Assembly (NCBI GenBank): GCA_035530855.1
Contig: DATKUA010000257.1
Span: 1-62,071, forward strand
Direction: 5' to 3'
Length of the DNA: 62,071 bases
DNA from: Acidobacteriota bacterium
GTDB taxonomy: Bacteria > Acidobacteriota > DATKUA01
Positions 61,029-62,071 of the stretch are shown here, piece by piece. Both the position numbers and the translations under genes were made by a program. The notes beneath the pieces were generated by a model. That model was not told the DNA's origin. It was given only the letters and a program-made list of their open reading frames with translations, and ran no database searches. Position 1 is the first letter of the stretch. Every line of letters starts with the position of its first letter.

Positions 61029-61667
61029 GTGAGCCCACAGGATCACCACAAGCGGTTTGAGGCAAGCGGACGCGAAGGCGCGGATGCTGCCGTTCCGGAC
61101 GAAAGCGAGCTTGTAACGCGAGCTTCCGGGGGTGACACCGAGGCCTTTGGGATGCTTATCAAATCGCGAAGGGATCTGGTTCATCGAATTGCGGCGCGGA
61201 TTGTCGGGCCCGACGAGGCCGACGATGTTGCGCAGCTTGTTTTCATCAAATTTTGGCGCGAATTGCCGCGCCTGCCGCGCAACATCGGCGGCGCGGGAAT
61301 CGACCGCTGGCTGGTGCGCGTCACCGCCAACAAGGCTATCGACCTGGCGCGTCACGTCGGACGCAGGATCAAGCTCGTCGAGAGACGCGGTATGGAGTGG
61401 GCGCAGCAGCCGTTGGACGAAGCGCTCGAGCGCGGCGAGGCCGCAAGAGTATTCATCGACGTGGCTGGAGCCATCGGAGAGCGGCAGCGGGCGGCATTCG
61501 TGCTACGGGAAATCGAGGGCTACGCCACCGAAGAGGTGGCCGAAATCCTCGATGTGGCACATTCGACGGTGCGCAACCTGGTCCACCAGGCGCGGCAGGG
61601 CCTGCGGCGGGAAATCCGCAGGCGCTTTCCCGAATACGCCCCAGCGGACGAGCCGCACACCGATTAG
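61029..61667 (+). CDS. ECF-type RNA polymerase sigma-70 family factor
   Basis: GTG start. Region 2 'GDTEAFGMLIKSRRDLVHRIA..DDVAQLVFIKFWR'. Region 4 HTH 'EVAEILDVAHSTVRNLVHQAR'. Confidence 0.85.
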   Translation: MSPQDHHKRFEASGREGADAAVPDESELVTRASGGDTEAFGMLIKSRRDLVHRIAARIVGPDEADDVAQLVFIKFWRELPRLPRNIGGAGIDRWLVRVTANKAIDLARHVGRRIKLVERRGMEWAQQPLDEALERGEAARVFIDVAGAIGERQRAAFVLREIEGYATEEVAEILDVAHSTVRNLVHQARQGLRREIRRRFPEYAPADEPHTD

Positions 61668-61702
61668 AAAGAGCAACACCGCACGATTTGGAGACGCCGG
61701 CG

Positions 61703-62071
61703 ATGGACGACGAACTCAGGCAACTCCTGCAGAAGTACAACGACGACAACCTCAGCGGCGACGAGCGCCGGAAGCTGGTCGAGCTGCTGAAAACGCCGGA
61801 AGGCCGCCGTGTGGCGCTGAGCAGCGACACGCCGGAAGCAGTATTCCTTTCCCGGGAGTCAAAATCTCCGGGCTGGGAAAGCTTTTGGGGCAGCTTGAAA
61901 AAGCGCGTGCTGTTGCACCGCCAACTCGCCCCGCACAAGATCCCCTGGTTCCGCCTCGCGGCAGCGGTTGTAGTGCTGGGAATAGCTGTTTTCATCTTCG
62001 TAAGCGACCATCTCGGCAGGCAGGATCGCGCCCGGGAATACCCGGGCATCACCTCGGACGAACCGCCGGGG
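61703..62071 (+). CDS. putative anti-sigma factor (partial, runs off the window end)
   Basis: The frame is open from ATG 61703 to the window end. A short cytoplasmic N-terminus precedes a TM helix 'FRLAAAVVVLGIAVFIFV'. Lies directly downstream of the ECF sigma gene. Confidence 0.5.
   Translation, partial: MDDELRQLLQKYNDDNLSGDERRKLVELLKTPEGRRVALSSDTPEAVFLSRESKSPGWESFWGSLKKRVLLHRQLAPHKIPWFRLAAAVVVLGIAVFIFVSDHLGRQDRAREYPGITSDEPPG

Overview
GC-rich (roughly high-50s % by eye, not computed), densely coding stretch of a bacterial chromosome with about 55 CDS on both strands, almost all housekeeping. Main contents in order:
- pgsA, a VWA-domain protein, purB, an MBL hydrolase and an M16 peptidase.
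- A gatC-gatA-hslU-pgi-selB string.
- trmFO, a metallophosphoesterase, a GT-C-like membrane protein and coaX.
- A small membrane protein, an HNH nuclease, a family-5 solute-binding protein (SBP) and two tandem TonB-dependent receptors carrying CarboxypepD_reg domains.
- purMN.
- An arsenic operon, arsR-arsC(disrupted)-arsM-ACR3.
- ada, tyrS, two lipoproteins, mrp/apbC, eno and ftsB.
- A minus-strand string: rqcH, two uncharacterised genes, ubiX and ubiE.
- A CRTAC1/ASPIC protein, an NtrY/NtrC-like two-component pair, ilvE, pilT-recX, purS and purQLF.
- An ECF sigma / anti-sigma pair running off the 3' end.

The Acidobacteria-type VWFA protein and the CarboxypepD_reg TonB receptors suggest Acidobacteriota or a related lineage; this is inference only.

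By eye I found no rRNA, tRNA, CRISPR array, transposase, integrase or recognisable defence gene. I do not see a clear-cut novel multi-gene system.

The best-supported oddities are:
- an arsC carrying both an in-frame TAG and a frameshift inside an otherwise intact ars operon;
- a decayed copy of the VWA gene 3' end directly behind that gene;
- an orphan solute-binding lipoprotein coupled to two outer-membrane receptors and an HNH nuclease;
- an rqcH operon with two unknown proteins;
- a PgsA with a very basic tail;
- orphan hslU and selB;
- a 513-nt non-coding gap.

All start codons are judged by eye and are uncertain by a few codons.
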